A stretch of 64,000 nt of DNA, taken from the NCBI GenBank assembly GCA_965248265.1, contig CBDFJF010000002.1, positions 864,001-928,000 of the forward strand, read 5' to 3'. Positions 19,542 to 29,011 of the stretch are shown here, one piece after another. Origin of the DNA: Candidatus Latescibacterota bacterium. Its GTDB lineage: Bacteria; Latescibacterota; UBA2968; UBA8231. How positions within the stretch are numbered: the stretch's first letter is position 1; the number at the start of each line of letters is the position of its first letter. Position numbers and translations under genes: made by a program. The notes below the pieces were generated by a model. That model did no database searches, was not told the DNA's origin, and was given only the letters and a program-made list of their open reading frames with translations.

Positions 19542-20579
19542 CTACCAGCCGATTTGTCCGCTCAACTCGACTTTGCCATCGCCGGCGACAATTTCTCCGA
19601 TAGGCCAGGCTTCGAAGCCCTGTGCGTGAAAGTGTTCGGCGAAGCGTTGGGCCGAGTCACTGGCGCATACCAGAGCAAGGCCGACGCCGAGATTGAATGT
19701 CCTCGTCATGTCTTCATCCGAGACTCCGCCCAAGCGGCGGATGGTCTTGAAGACCTCCGGTACCTGCAGTTTTCCCAGGTCGATGCGCGCCGTGGCCGTC
19801 GACGGCAACACCCGGATGATGTTGTCGTGGAGGCCGCCGCCGGTGATGTGGGCGAGGCCGGTCAGTGATGGATCTGAGAACAGACCGCGTACGCCGTGGT
19901 AGTAGCACAGATGGGGTCTCATGATGACATCGGCGAATGTTTCGTTACCCAGAACGATCTCTCCGACCGCCGGATCGCGATCGAGGAGGGTTCGTACCAG
20001 GGTGTAGCCATTGGTATGCAGTCCGTTGGAGGCAACGCCAAGGACGGTGTGGCCGCTCTCGATGCGCGTGCCGTCGACGACGTGCGCCCGCTCGGCGACG
20101 CCGATGGCGCTGGCCGACAACACGTAAACCCCGTCCGCGACGATGCCGGGTTGGACGGAGGTCTCACCTCCGACGAGGACGGCGCCCTGGGCCCGACAGG
20201 CTTCCGACATACCGCTGACGAGGCGATTGACGATGGTCTTGTCGAGCTCACTGCAGACGATACAATCCATCAGGTACACCGGGTGGGCACCCATGACGAC
20301 GATGTCGTTTACCAGATGGTTGATGAGGTCGTAACACAGGCTCTCGACGCGATCCGTGTCGAAGGCCAGCTTCTGCTTCGATCCGGGCTCGTCGGTTTTG
20401 AGCACCATCACCGGATCTTCGAACCCGGGGAAGCGGGCGTCGACGAGCGGTGCGAAGGCGCCAAACCTGTTGAGAACACGCGGGTCATCAGAGTCGATGC
20501 TCTTTGCCATCTCGCGTTTGGCCGCGTCGGTGGCATTGATGTCGACGCCGGACTTGGCGTAGGAGAGATTGTCAGTCAC
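19542..20579 (-). CDS. purM: Phosphoribosylformylglycinamidine cyclo-ligase (AIR synthase)
   Basis: LSYAKSGVDI, VNDIVVMGA, GGET, SNGLHTNGY, HITGGG, RTFNLGVG; start placed at GTG 20579. Confidence 0.92.
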   Translation of the reverse strand: MTDNLSYAKSGVDINATDAAKREMAKSIDSDDPRVLNRFGAFAPLVDARFPGFEDPVMVLKTDEPGSKQKLAFDTDRVESLCYDLINHLVNDIVVMGAHPVYLMDCIVCSELDKTIVNRLVSGMSEACRAQGAVLVGGETSVQPGIVADGVYVLSASAIGVAERAHVVDGTRIESGHTVLGVASNGLHTNGYTLVRTLLDRDPAVGEIVLGNETFADVIMRPHLCYYHGVRGLFSDPSLTGLAHITGGGLHDNIIRVLPSTATARIDLGKLQVPEVFKTIRRLGGVSDEDMTRTFNLGVGLALVCASDSAQRFAEHFHAQGFEAWPIGEIVAGDGKVELSGQIGW

Positions 20580-20655
20580 AGATCCTGCTCTGGAATCGAG
20601 TATGCGGGGATCGTGCTCTGAAGTAGAGCAAATCATCCATGTCCGTCAACGCGCC

Positions 20656-21603
20656 TCACTCCTGCCGCGTCTCCCACTTCTCTATTTCGACCAGCGCAGC
20701 CGCTATGCGCTGCCGCAATGCCGCGGCGGACTCCGGCGTCCAATCGTAGAATCCCTTGCCTGACTTGGCGCCGAGATCGCCGGCGGCAACCTTCTGTTTC
20801 ACCAATGGTGACACATCGGGCGCCGATGCGAGACCGGGATTGACGGCCGTCGTCATCGCTTCCAGCACGTCCCACCCGGCCATGTCGAAGATCTCGAATA
20901 CGCCGGCAACCGCCCAGCGGCGACCGAGGCTGCTCCTGATGCCCAGGTCGATGTCCTGCGGACTGGCCACTCCGTTTTCGACCATCCACAGTGCTTCGCG
21001 CAGCAGCGCCGCCTGCAATCTGTTGAGGAGAAAGCCCGGGACTTCCTTGCCTAAGACGATCGGCCGTTTGCCCATTACAGTCAGCAATTCGGTCACGGTG
21101 TCGATGGTTTCGGCCGAGGTCTGCGCTGTCGGCACGATCTCGACCAGCGGCACCAGATGGGGTGGATTGACGAAGTGGGCTACAAGAATCTTGTCCGTCC
21201 GTCCGGTGTTCGCGGCGAGCATACTCGGCATGAAACTCGAGGTGTTGCTGGCCAGGATGGTGTGTTCGGGGCAAGTGCGGTCCAGGCGTTCGAAGAGTTG
21301 CTGTTTTACCGCGAGATCTTCGGACACGGTTTCGATCACGAGGTCAGCGTCTTCGACGGCCTTCTCGAATACGGTTGTCGCCTGTATCCGCTCGGGGGCC
21401 ACATTGGCGCGCTCAGGTGTTACGAGTTCGAAGTGAACTAGTTTGTCGAGGCTGAGTTGGATCTCGGTCCGCGCCCAGTCGAGGCTGGCCTGTGTGCGCG
21501 AATGCAGGCTGACGTCATAGCCGGCGACAGCGAACTCCAGAGCGATGCCGTGGCCCATAAGACCGGCGCCGACAACACTGATGTAGCGGATCTCAGCGCT
21601 CAT
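20656..21603 (-). CDS. 3-hydroxyacyl-CoA dehydrogenase family protein
   Basis: VVGAGLMGHGIA, ETVSEDL..K, ASNTSS, HFVNPP, PGFLLNR, GAKSGKGFY. Confidence 0.92.
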   Translation of the reverse strand: MSAEIRYISVVGAGLMGHGIALEFAVAGYDVSLHSRTQASLDWARTEIQLSLDKLVHFELVTPERANVAPERIQATTVFEKAVEDADLVIETVSEDLAVKQQLFERLDRTCPEHTILASNTSSFMPSMLAANTGRTDKILVAHFVNPPHLVPLVEIVPTAQTSAETIDTVTELLTVMGKRPIVLGKEVPGFLLNRLQAALLREALWMVENGVASPQDIDLGIRSSLGRRWAVAGVFEIFDMAGWDVLEAMTTAVNPGLASAPDVSPLVKQKVAAGDLGAKSGKGFYDWTPESAAALRQRIAAALVEIEKWETRQE

Positions 21604-21641
21604 GATGAGAAAGCTGCCGTTGTGGAAATCATTGAATCGAT

Positions 21642-23255
21642 TCAAATACGGTCGAAGAAAGTAAGGTCGCAGCCGAAATCGTCCATGGCCTCGACAGCGT
21701 CCCCGCGCAGCCGCACTCGGATCGGCCGGACATGGATACTTCCAGAGAGGGTAAGATCCTGAGGCGCGAGCGGGAAGGAAATGTGAATAGGTAAGCCGAG
21801 GGGGGGCTGCGCGAAAAACAGGTAACCGTTGGAGATCCGGGGAAGAGCCGTGCCCACACCCTCAATGCGCAGTTCTTTCGCGTCCACCCACGAGGGCAGG
21901 CGTACGAACAGGGGGCCTTCGCCGTCCACCTCGATCTCCAGTGCGTCATGGGTATACGGAGAGCGCACGACGATGCCTTCGCCTTCGTGATCGAATAAGA
22001 GATTTACCCATTGCCCCGCGGCGTCTTTCCGGGTTACCTCACGGTACGCCTCGCACAATGAGCCGACCGTTCCTCCCACGACATCCATGTTGAAGGACAT
22101 GCTGTGCCGGCCGTCACCCAAGGGCAGGTGGCCGTAGGGCGCGGGAAAACCGAATGCGCCGAGGTGGCGGTCAGCCAAATCACGCAATCCATCCACGGAG
22201 TCAGGGTTGGGTGGATCTTGTATGAATGACACATCTCGTAACTGCGAGGGCAGGATGTGACACCGGAGGATGCGTTCGGCGTCCTCGTAGTACTCGGTGA
22301 ATCCGTGGCGAGCCAGAATCAGGGCGGTCTCCAGAATGTCGCCGGAGTTGTTCATCTCGCCGTCGTCGATGTTGTCGGCCAACGCACTTTCCGGTGACCA
22401 ACCCAGCTGATCCCGCATCATCCACAGACCGTTGTCGTAGAACGCCTTGACTCTAAGCAGCAGGGCAGCGTCTCCGAGCAGGTCCGCCAGTTGCGCCAAC
22501 GACGACATCACGCAGGTGATGGAGTGCGAGTGCGTGGTGGTGAAGCGATCGGGAAAATCATAAGCGCCGTCGGCCAGGTAATATTCGGAGATCGCCTTGT
22601 CCTTGAAGACGAGGGCCAGGTCCAGGGCTGGCGCGTACCCGGTGGCGCGATACAGCTTCACCAGGGGTCCCACCATCCGGGCCTCGCCGTGGATGAAATC
22701 GACGCATGGCTTGTAGTTCAACCCCATTCCTTCCAGTCGAGGCTCATCCCATCCGCGATCAGCACTCCACAGGCTCAAGACGGAAGCGATGCAGCGTTGT
22801 GCCATCTCGAAGGCCTCAGCGTCATCGCGGTACTTGACCAGGGCGTAAAGAGCGTGCAACCCCTCGCGCAGATTGTGCGGGGAGAAGTTGACCAGCGGGC
22901 CCCCGACGACCTCCCGGTTGAGAGACAGAGGCGCGGCCCCGCTGTGGGAGAAAAATGCGGCGTTTCGGTGTTTCTCTATGGCGCTTTCATCCAGCTCGAT
23001 GTTGACGATGTCCTGAGCGTTCAGGAGGGCATTCAGGTGTCGCCCAGGGACATGGGATTCCGCGTGGCCAGAGTGATACGCCAGGAATGCTTCCGGGTAG
23101 ACGACCGATTTGAAGAAAGGCCGGTCTTCGTCGTCGGCGTTGAAGACGCTCTGCATCGTCCGGCAACCCAGGTGGATGGCATCGGCGATGTTCGTCGTAT
23201 TGACGTCGGCGACCCTGCTCACGAACGCAGACCACGCAGTGGATGCGATTTCCAC
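21642..23255 (-). CDS. Hypothetical protein, possibly GH127/GH146-like (alpha/alpha) barrel hydrolase
   Basis: HVPGRHLNALL, LVKLYRATG, HSHS, YYEDAERILRCH, and C-terminal VNLLFD...LFVRLPSW resemble beta-L-arabinofuranosidase-like proteins. Confidence 0.55.
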   Translation of the reverse strand: MEIASTAWSAFVSRVADVNTTNIADAIHLGCRTMQSVFNADDEDRPFFKSVVYPEAFLAYHSGHAESHVPGRHLNALLNAQDIVNIELDESAIEKHRNAAFFSHSGAAPLSLNREVVGGPLVNFSPHNLREGLHALYALVKYRDDAEAFEMAQRCIASVLSLWSADRGWDEPRLEGMGLNYKPCVDFIHGEARMVGPLVKLYRATGYAPALDLALVFKDKAISEYYLADGAYDFPDRFTTTHSHSITCVMSSLAQLADLLGDAALLLRVKAFYDNGLWMMRDQLGWSPESALADNIDDGEMNNSGDILETALILARHGFTEYYEDAERILRCHILPSQLRDVSFIQDPPNPDSVDGLRDLADRHLGAFGFPAPYGHLPLGDGRHSMSFNMDVVGGTVGSLCEAYREVTRKDAAGQWVNLLFDHEGEGIVVRSPYTHDALEIEVDGEGPLFVRLPSWVDAKELRIEGVGTALPRISNGYLFFAQPPLGLPIHISFPLAPQDLTLSGSIHVRPIRVRLRGDAVEAMDDFGCDLTFFDRI

Positions 23256-24589
23256 GATGGCCGCGGTGTCCTCTCACCCATGGGCAACTCAACCCGCCCG
23301 ATACTGGCGTAGGCAAATCCCAACTCCTGCATCTCGTGAGGGTCGTAGAGGTTGCGACAATCCAGCAGCCGCGGTTGGGACATCAGCTCGCGGATACGCG
23401 GCATGTCCATGTTGCGGAATTCGTTCCACTCGGTCATCAAAGCCAGTCCGTCGGCGCCCCGAGCGGCATCGTAGGGGTCGGGGCAACAGATCAGATCTGG
23501 CAAGCGTCGTTGTGCATGTTCCATTGAGGCCGGGTCGTAGGCGCGTACGCTGGCCCCTTCTGTCAGAAGGGACTCGACCAATCCGATCGCTGGCGATTCG
23601 CGCAGGTCATCGGTGTTGGCTTTGAACGACAGACCCAGGACGCTGATGGTCTTTCCAGAGAACGCTCCGACCAGACCTCGCAGTTTTTCGACCATCTCCT
23701 GCTTCTGCCGGGCATTGGTCTGTGCGATCGATTTGATGAGCGGAACATCGACGTCGCCGCTTGCGGCCGTGGCGGCAAGTGCGGCCACATCCTTGGGGAA
23801 GCAGCTGCCGCCGTAGCCGGGACCGGCATTCAGATTGTGCGGGCCGATGCGGTCGTCCAGCCCAATGCCGCGCGCCACCTCGGTCACGTCGGCACCATAG
23901 GCCTCGCAGATGCAGGCGATCTCGTTGATGAAGGAAATCTTGGCCGCCAGGAAGGCATTCGAGGCGTACTTGATCATTTCAGCGCTCTCGACATCCGTCA
24001 GCACCATCGGCACATCATTCTTGTAGAGTGGTCGATAGATGTCGAGGATGCCCTCCATGGCGCGCTCGCTGCTACCCCCGATGACGACCCGATCGGGATT
24101 CATGAAGTCGTCGATGGCCGATCCTTCGCGCAGAAATTCCGGGTTCGAGACCACGTCAAAGTCGTCGTGGTTGCACTTTGAACGGATGATCGTGGCTACC
24201 CGGTCACCGGTGCCCGTGGGGACCGTACTCTTGTTGACGACGATCTTGCAAGCATCCATGTAACCGCCAATCGACTCGGCCGCCGCATGCACGAACGACA
24301 TGTCGACTTCGCCACTTGGCAAGGATGGAGTGCCCACACATATGAAGACAATTTCCGACGATCTGATGGCGGGTTCGAGCTCAGCCGAGAAGGACAACCT
24401 GCCCAGCCGTGCGTTGCGCTCGAGAACTTCCTGTAATCCGGGCTCGTAGATCGGCACCTGGCCGGCTTGGAGCTGGGCGATACGCCCTTCGTCGATGTCG
24501 ACGCAGACTACTGTATTGCCGAAGTCAGCCAGGCATGTGCCTGTGACGAGACCGGCGTAGCCAGTGCCCATTACGCAGATGCTTTTCAT
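23219..24589 (-). CDS. ugd: UDP-glucose/GDP-mannose dehydrogenase
   Basis: GTGYAG, ICVGTP, NKSTVP, SNPEFLREG, KYASNAFLA, GYGGSCFPKD, FKANTDDLRESP. Confidence 0.93.
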   Translation of the reverse strand: MKSICVMGTGYAGLVTGTCLADFGNTVVCVDIDEGRIAQLQAGQVPIYEPGLQEVLERNARLGRLSFSAELEPAIRSSEIVFICVGTPSLPSGEVDMSFVHAAAESIGGYMDACKIVVNKSTVPTGTGDRVATIIRSKCNHDDFDVVSNPEFLREGSAIDDFMNPDRVVIGGSSERAMEGILDIYRPLYKNDVPMVLTDVESAEMIKYASNAFLAAKISFINEIACICEAYGADVTEVARGIGLDDRIGPHNLNAGPGYGGSCFPKDVAALAATAASGDVDVPLIKSIAQTNARQKQEMVEKLRGLVGAFSGKTISVLGLSFKANTDDLRESPAIGLVESLLTEGASVRAYDPASMEHAQRRLPDLICCPDPYDAARGADGLALMTEWNEFRNMDMPRIRELMSQPRLLDCRNLYDPHEMQELGFAYASIGRVELPMGERTPRPSWKSHPLRGLRS

Positions 24590-24710
24590 CTACCTCTCGC
24601 TCCGTGAAAATGTTAACAATCGACTCACAGTAAAAGATAGAGAAACAGAGGGGTGGATGACTCGGAGCCAGTTGATAAACCCCATTTGGCCTGAGGCCGG
24701 TCCTTTGCTC

Positions 24711-25592
24711 CTAGACGGCGAAGAAAGGCTGGCTCCAGGCGCGCTTGATACCCAGGTGCGCTTCGATGCGGAAGTAGCTCAGATCGGGCTCGGTCTGCCA
24801 CTCGAGTGTCGGGCCCTCCTGTGAATGCAGGGTACGGCCGCCGGGCCCGATGACGTGCAGATGCTGAACCCTGTGGCCGCCGGTGACGCGCAAAGTATCA
24901 TCCTCGAGGGTGATCTGCTCGAAACGGGGATAGGTGGATGCGAAGAAGGCAGCTTCCTTCAGCTGAGAGACGATCATCTGCCAGGTGACGGGTTCGTCTT
25001 CATCCTCCAGTGCCTGGACACAAACCCAGCCGTGTCCGGGGCTTATCAGGGCGAAGTGAAAGTCGTCGTTGGCGCACGCCCACAATCGATTGCCGGCCGT
25101 CAACAATTCATCCCACAATGGCACATTCGCGGCTTCGTCACAGCCGATGGATTCCCGCAGGCCATTGAAGATCTCAACGGCGTGCAGGTCATCGGCGGCA
25201 CTGAAGATATTCTCGGCGCCGTGTTCGGGGTACTGTTGCGGATGGCAGGCAATTGTGAAACCGCCGCCGGATCTGAGCGCATTGGCACGTTCGGCGAACA
25301 CGTCGCTCGGGGTCGGTGTAACCTCGTGAACGCCGATCTCGAGGATGTGTCCGTCATCGCCGTTTTCCTCCCCGGGGACCAGCAGCAGACCAACTTGATC
25401 CTGCCATTTTCGCCACTGCCGTTCGTCGGGTGCTTGGTTGTGGTCGGTGACCGCCAGGAAATCGTAGCCCAGGTTGGCGAATATCGGACCGCTTTGGGAG
25501 ATGTCCATGAAACCGCTGCAGCAGGTGTGGGCGTGCAGATTGCCGCGCAACCAGCGGGTCGAAGTCGAGTAGGGGTTCTGATATGTATTCAT
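24711..25592 (-). CDS. PHP-domain metallohydrolase (CehA/McbA-like)
   Basis: WLRGNLHAHT, DFLAVTDHN, GEE, CHP, VEIFNG, NDDFH, AWSQP. Confidence 0.85.
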   Translation of the reverse strand: MNTYQNPYSTSTRWLRGNLHAHTCCSGFMDISQSGPIFANLGYDFLAVTDHNQAPDERQWRKWQDQVGLLLVPGEENGDDGHILEIGVHEVTPTPSDVFAERANALRSGGGFTIACHPQQYPEHGAENIFSAADDLHAVEIFNGLRESIGCDEAANVPLWDELLTAGNRLWACANDDFHFALISPGHGWVCVQALEDEDEPVTWQMIVSQLKEAAFFASTYPRFEQITLEDDTLRVTGGHRVQHLHVIGPGGRTLHSQEGPTLEWQTEPDLSYFRIEAHLGIKRAWSQPFFAV

Positions 25593-25680
25593 GGCGGAAT
25601 AACATACATCAGTGGGGGAATCGCGGATAGGTGACGGGCCGGCATGACATTGACCAGAATCGCGCTTATTGTTTGCCCGG

Positions 25681-27036
25681 ATGGAAACAATAAAGGAAAA
25701 TCACAGCATCAGCGTATCGACCTGTCACAGGTCGAGCATTCGGCGCAGGGAGAATGTCCCTCGCCTTGTCCGCACCATCGCCCGGTGTTGCGCCGGCATC
25801 ATGATCGGACTGGGGCCGCCCTCTACCGCAGCGGAGTCTGAGCCGATCGACCAGACCCCGGTCCAGGAACTCAACCACCTGCTGTCTCAGGCGACGACGA
25901 CAGCGCAGTGGCTGGAGCAACGGCAGCAGTTCGAGTGGCGTGGCGCTCCCTACGGGCTCACCGGCATGCCCGTTACCGTCATCAACGCGCAAAGACGATA
26001 GACCTACGGCGGTCGAATGCACTTGGCCAACTACAGTGCCGTGCCGTACCACTTTCGCGTTGTCTCTGAGTGGGTGCGATCTTCCGGAGGTGACGGCCGC
26101 TTGGTGGTTCGAGTGGCGCTGCCTGACATCGGTTCCGGATTCGGCTTGAAGGCTCTGCTGGATCTGGGACGCGCTGAGGGCCGCTTTCACGGGTGGGGGA
26201 ACGCCAGCTCGTACCACCAGAGTTACACCGATCACGACAGCCCCGAATACATCGATTCTGACTACTATAATTACTTCGTCGAGCGCCGTAGGGTTCTGCT
26301 CATGTTGAGCAAACAGCTATGGCATTCTCTGTGGCTCGATGTCGGAGGCGGAGTGGAAGATGCAGACACCAAGGTTCATTCCGATCAGTCGATGCTGATG
26401 CAGCGCGCTCCCGGCCGTATCGGCAGTACGGACTTCAGTTTGTTGACGATGGCGTTGCGCTGGGACACCCGTGATGATCCCGCCTATCCAAGCTCCGGCA
26501 AATTTCACGAATGGACGTATGAGCGCTCGGAGAATTCGCTGTGGGGAGCGCTGACCGGAGGGGCAGATACGGAACGCTTTACGATAACGGATCGTCGATA
26601 CATAAGATTGCGGCCGCGGCTGGTGTTTGCTGTCCGCAACCTGTTCGAAGTCCTGGACGGTACCGTGCCGATGGATCTGTACGGTGAGGTTGGCAACAGC
26701 TTCGATCGCGTCGACGGGCTCGGCGGTAACAACTCGCTGCGTGGATTTTCGCTGCACCGCTTCATGGATGACGTGCGCTTCCTGTCGAATTCAGAGCTGC
26801 GATACATGCTGCACAGCACGCGGTTGTTCGGCCAGCTGGTCGAGATCAACGGTGTCGGCTTCGTCGATTTGGGACGCGTGTGGGAGGATCTGGACTCGTT
26901 CAGTCTGTCGGATCCACACGGATCGGTGGGTGCGGGGCTGCGCTTCGTGTGGAATCGAGATTTCACCATGCGCGTCGAGGCCGCCCATTCCGGGGAGCAG
27001 AATTCGGCGCTGGCGACGATGGACCGGAATTTCTAA
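25681..27036 (+). pseudogene. Omp85/BamA-TamA-family surface antigen barrel interrupted by an in-frame TAG at 25999-26001
   Basis: ORFs 25669-26001 and 26017-27036 share a frame (INAQRR*TYGGRMH); RWDTRDD, LGGNNSLRGF, FVDLGRV, GAGLR and terminal Phe are Omp85 barrel motifs. Confidence 0.7.
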
Positions 27037-27044
27037 GCCTGAAG

Positions 27045-27887
27045 CTACTCACATGCCGTAGTCCAGTCATGACCGGGCGCCAGACCGAGCAGGCGTTGCG
27101 CCTTGACGCTGCTGATGACGCTGGCATTGCGAGCCAAATCGCCGCGGATCTCAACACGGTCACCGAAGTTGTGTCGGATGAGATCAATGGTCGGCTCGCG
27201 GAAACGCGTTGGTGGCTGGGCGATCAGGAAGGACTCGTGGCCATCGATGTCCGCATCCAGCGACAGGCAGTGTGCCTCAGCGACGGTGTCGATGTGAGCG
27301 TAAGCCCACATCACCAGGGTCACCGGGTCCTCTGGCGTCGGCGGAGGTAAGGGGAATTTCTCAAGCATGTCAGGGCGAGCTACATTGGTGAAGCGCAAGC
27401 TCACGGCACTCGTCAAGGTGCTACGCGAAAGCATCCGCGCGATGCACTCGCCAACCTGCTTCGAGAGACCGTAGGGTTCGAATGGGGTCATCTCGTGCTC
27501 TTCATCGAGAGGGAGATAGGCGGGGACGAAGGCCTCGGGATCGTCGGCCCAACCCATGCCGAAGGCGCTGGACGAGAACACGATTCGCCGCACCTGTTGA
27601 TTCGCCGCCGCCATCATGACGTTGAAGGTGCTCAGCCCATTGTTCCGGAACATCTCGTAAGGGGCGGCGCCGTTGGGACCCGGAATGGCACCCATGTGGA
27701 TGAGGGCCTCGGCGCCATCGACGACTGACTCGGCGGCATCGGGATCGCACAGGTCGGCCTCGATGAAGGGCGTTGGGGATTCCTCAAATGGAACTCGGTC
27801 CGTTCCACGAACCTCCCGTCCTTGTTCCACAAGGCGACGGACGACGTGTTGTCCCAGGCGCCCCGCGGCTCCTGTCACTACGATCAT
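27045..27887 (-). CDS. NAD-dependent epimerase/dehydratase
   Basis: VVTGAAGRLG, FSSS, PYGLSK, LRFTNV; AAGGAG RBS. Confidence 0.9.
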   Translation of the reverse strand: MIVVTGAAGRLGQHVVRRLVEQGREVRGTDRVPFEESPTPFIEADLCDPDAAESVVDGAEALIHMGAIPGPNGAAPYEMFRNNGLSTFNVMMAAANQQVRRIVFSSSAFGMGWADDPEAFVPAYLPLDEEHEMTPFEPYGLSKQVGECIARMLSRSTLTSAVSLRFTNVARPDMLEKFPLPPPTPEDPVTLVMWAYAHIDTVAEAHCLSLDADIDGHESFLIAQPPTRFREPTIDLIRHNFGDRVEIRGDLARNASVISSVKAQRLLGLAPGHDWTTACE

Positions 27888-27934
27888 GGGAGTCTCCTTG
27901 CTGCCCAATCACAACCGATGAGGGATTTCGATTC

Positions 27935-28954
27935 ATGAACCAGAGATTACCGCATACAGTCGCGACCGATCCCGGCACCGAGTGGGTAAAAGATAGTGTC
28001 GCCATCGATGTACCGCCGGATAGCGAAAGCGATCCAGCCCCCGAGGGGCAGTGGCCGGCTGAAGCCCCACGAGGCGGCAAGTACGGTTCGGTGGCCGCGA
28101 CCATCATCGAGTTGGCCGGTGGTGGATACCGCATGTACTACACCCAGATCATGCCGCGACCCGGCTTTCCGAAGGGGGCCAACGACTACGACAATGCCAC
28201 CACGCGAATCCTGAGCGCGACGTCCCCCGACTGTTCGACCTGGACGCCGGAGGCCGGGGTGCGGCTTTCAGCGCGCGAAGGCGGGGCCGGTGAGTTTCGC
28301 GTCGTCGCCCCTGAAGTCGTACCGATTCAGGACGGCAGCGGCCGTTTACGCATGTATTACGAGTGCGCTCCTGGGCAGCAAGCGGTGGCCAGCAGCATTC
28401 GCAGCGCCATCTCCGACGATGGTTTGGAGTGGACGGTGGAGCCCGGCGACCGGCTCAGCGGCCAGGGTGGCAGCTACAACGCCCCGCGTGTTCTCTTCCT
28501 CGACGACGGTACCTGCCGGCTCTACTGCAGTGACACCGTGGAGGGCATCGTCAGTGCCCTCTCAGAGGATGGCGGCACCACATTTCAGCTCGACCCAGGG
28601 CGACGTATCGTGAGGGAGTTGAGCTACGAAGCTCGCACCGCCTACGCTCCCGACGTTGTGAGGATCGAAGGCGGTGGATACCGCATGTACTACTCCGGCT
28701 ACAGCGATGCCACCCGCGCCCAGATTCTCACAGCCGTTTCCGACGACGGCCTGAAATGGTACAAACACCCGGAACCCGTGATTGCGCCCGGAGGCCGGTA
28801 CGATGCAGCCAAATGCTCGGAGATGGTGGTGATGGAATTACCAGAAAAACCCGGGGAAGCGCCGCGTTACCGAATGGTGTACGAGGCCTGTGACGGCACG
28901 GCTGCGGACCAGCGTGGCGTCTGGCGTCTACTCAGCGCGACATCACATGCATGA
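27935..28954 (+). CDS. Beta-propeller glycosidase-like protein
   Basis: Repeated blades GYRMYY...SA.S.DG..W (about 5 copies). Confidence 0.7.
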   Translation: MNQRLPHTVATDPGTEWVKDSVAIDVPPDSESDPAPEGQWPAEAPRGGKYGSVAATIIELAGGGYRMYYTQIMPRPGFPKGANDYDNATTRILSATSPDCSTWTPEAGVRLSAREGGAGEFRVVAPEVVPIQDGSGRLRMYYECAPGQQAVASSIRSAISDDGLEWTVEPGDRLSGQGGSYNAPRVLFLDDGTCRLYCSDTVEGIVSALSEDGGTTFQLDPGRRIVRELSYEARTAYAPDVVRIEGGGYRMYYSGYSDATRAQILTAVSDDGLKWYKHPEPVIAPGGRYDAAKCSEMVVMELPEKPGEAPRYRMVYEACDGTAADQRGVWRLLSATSHA

Positions 28955-29011
28955 GCCTAATGCGGTGAGCGCCGTGTTCGCTCACGTGTCGCCATGTCCG
29001 TTCTCCGACCC

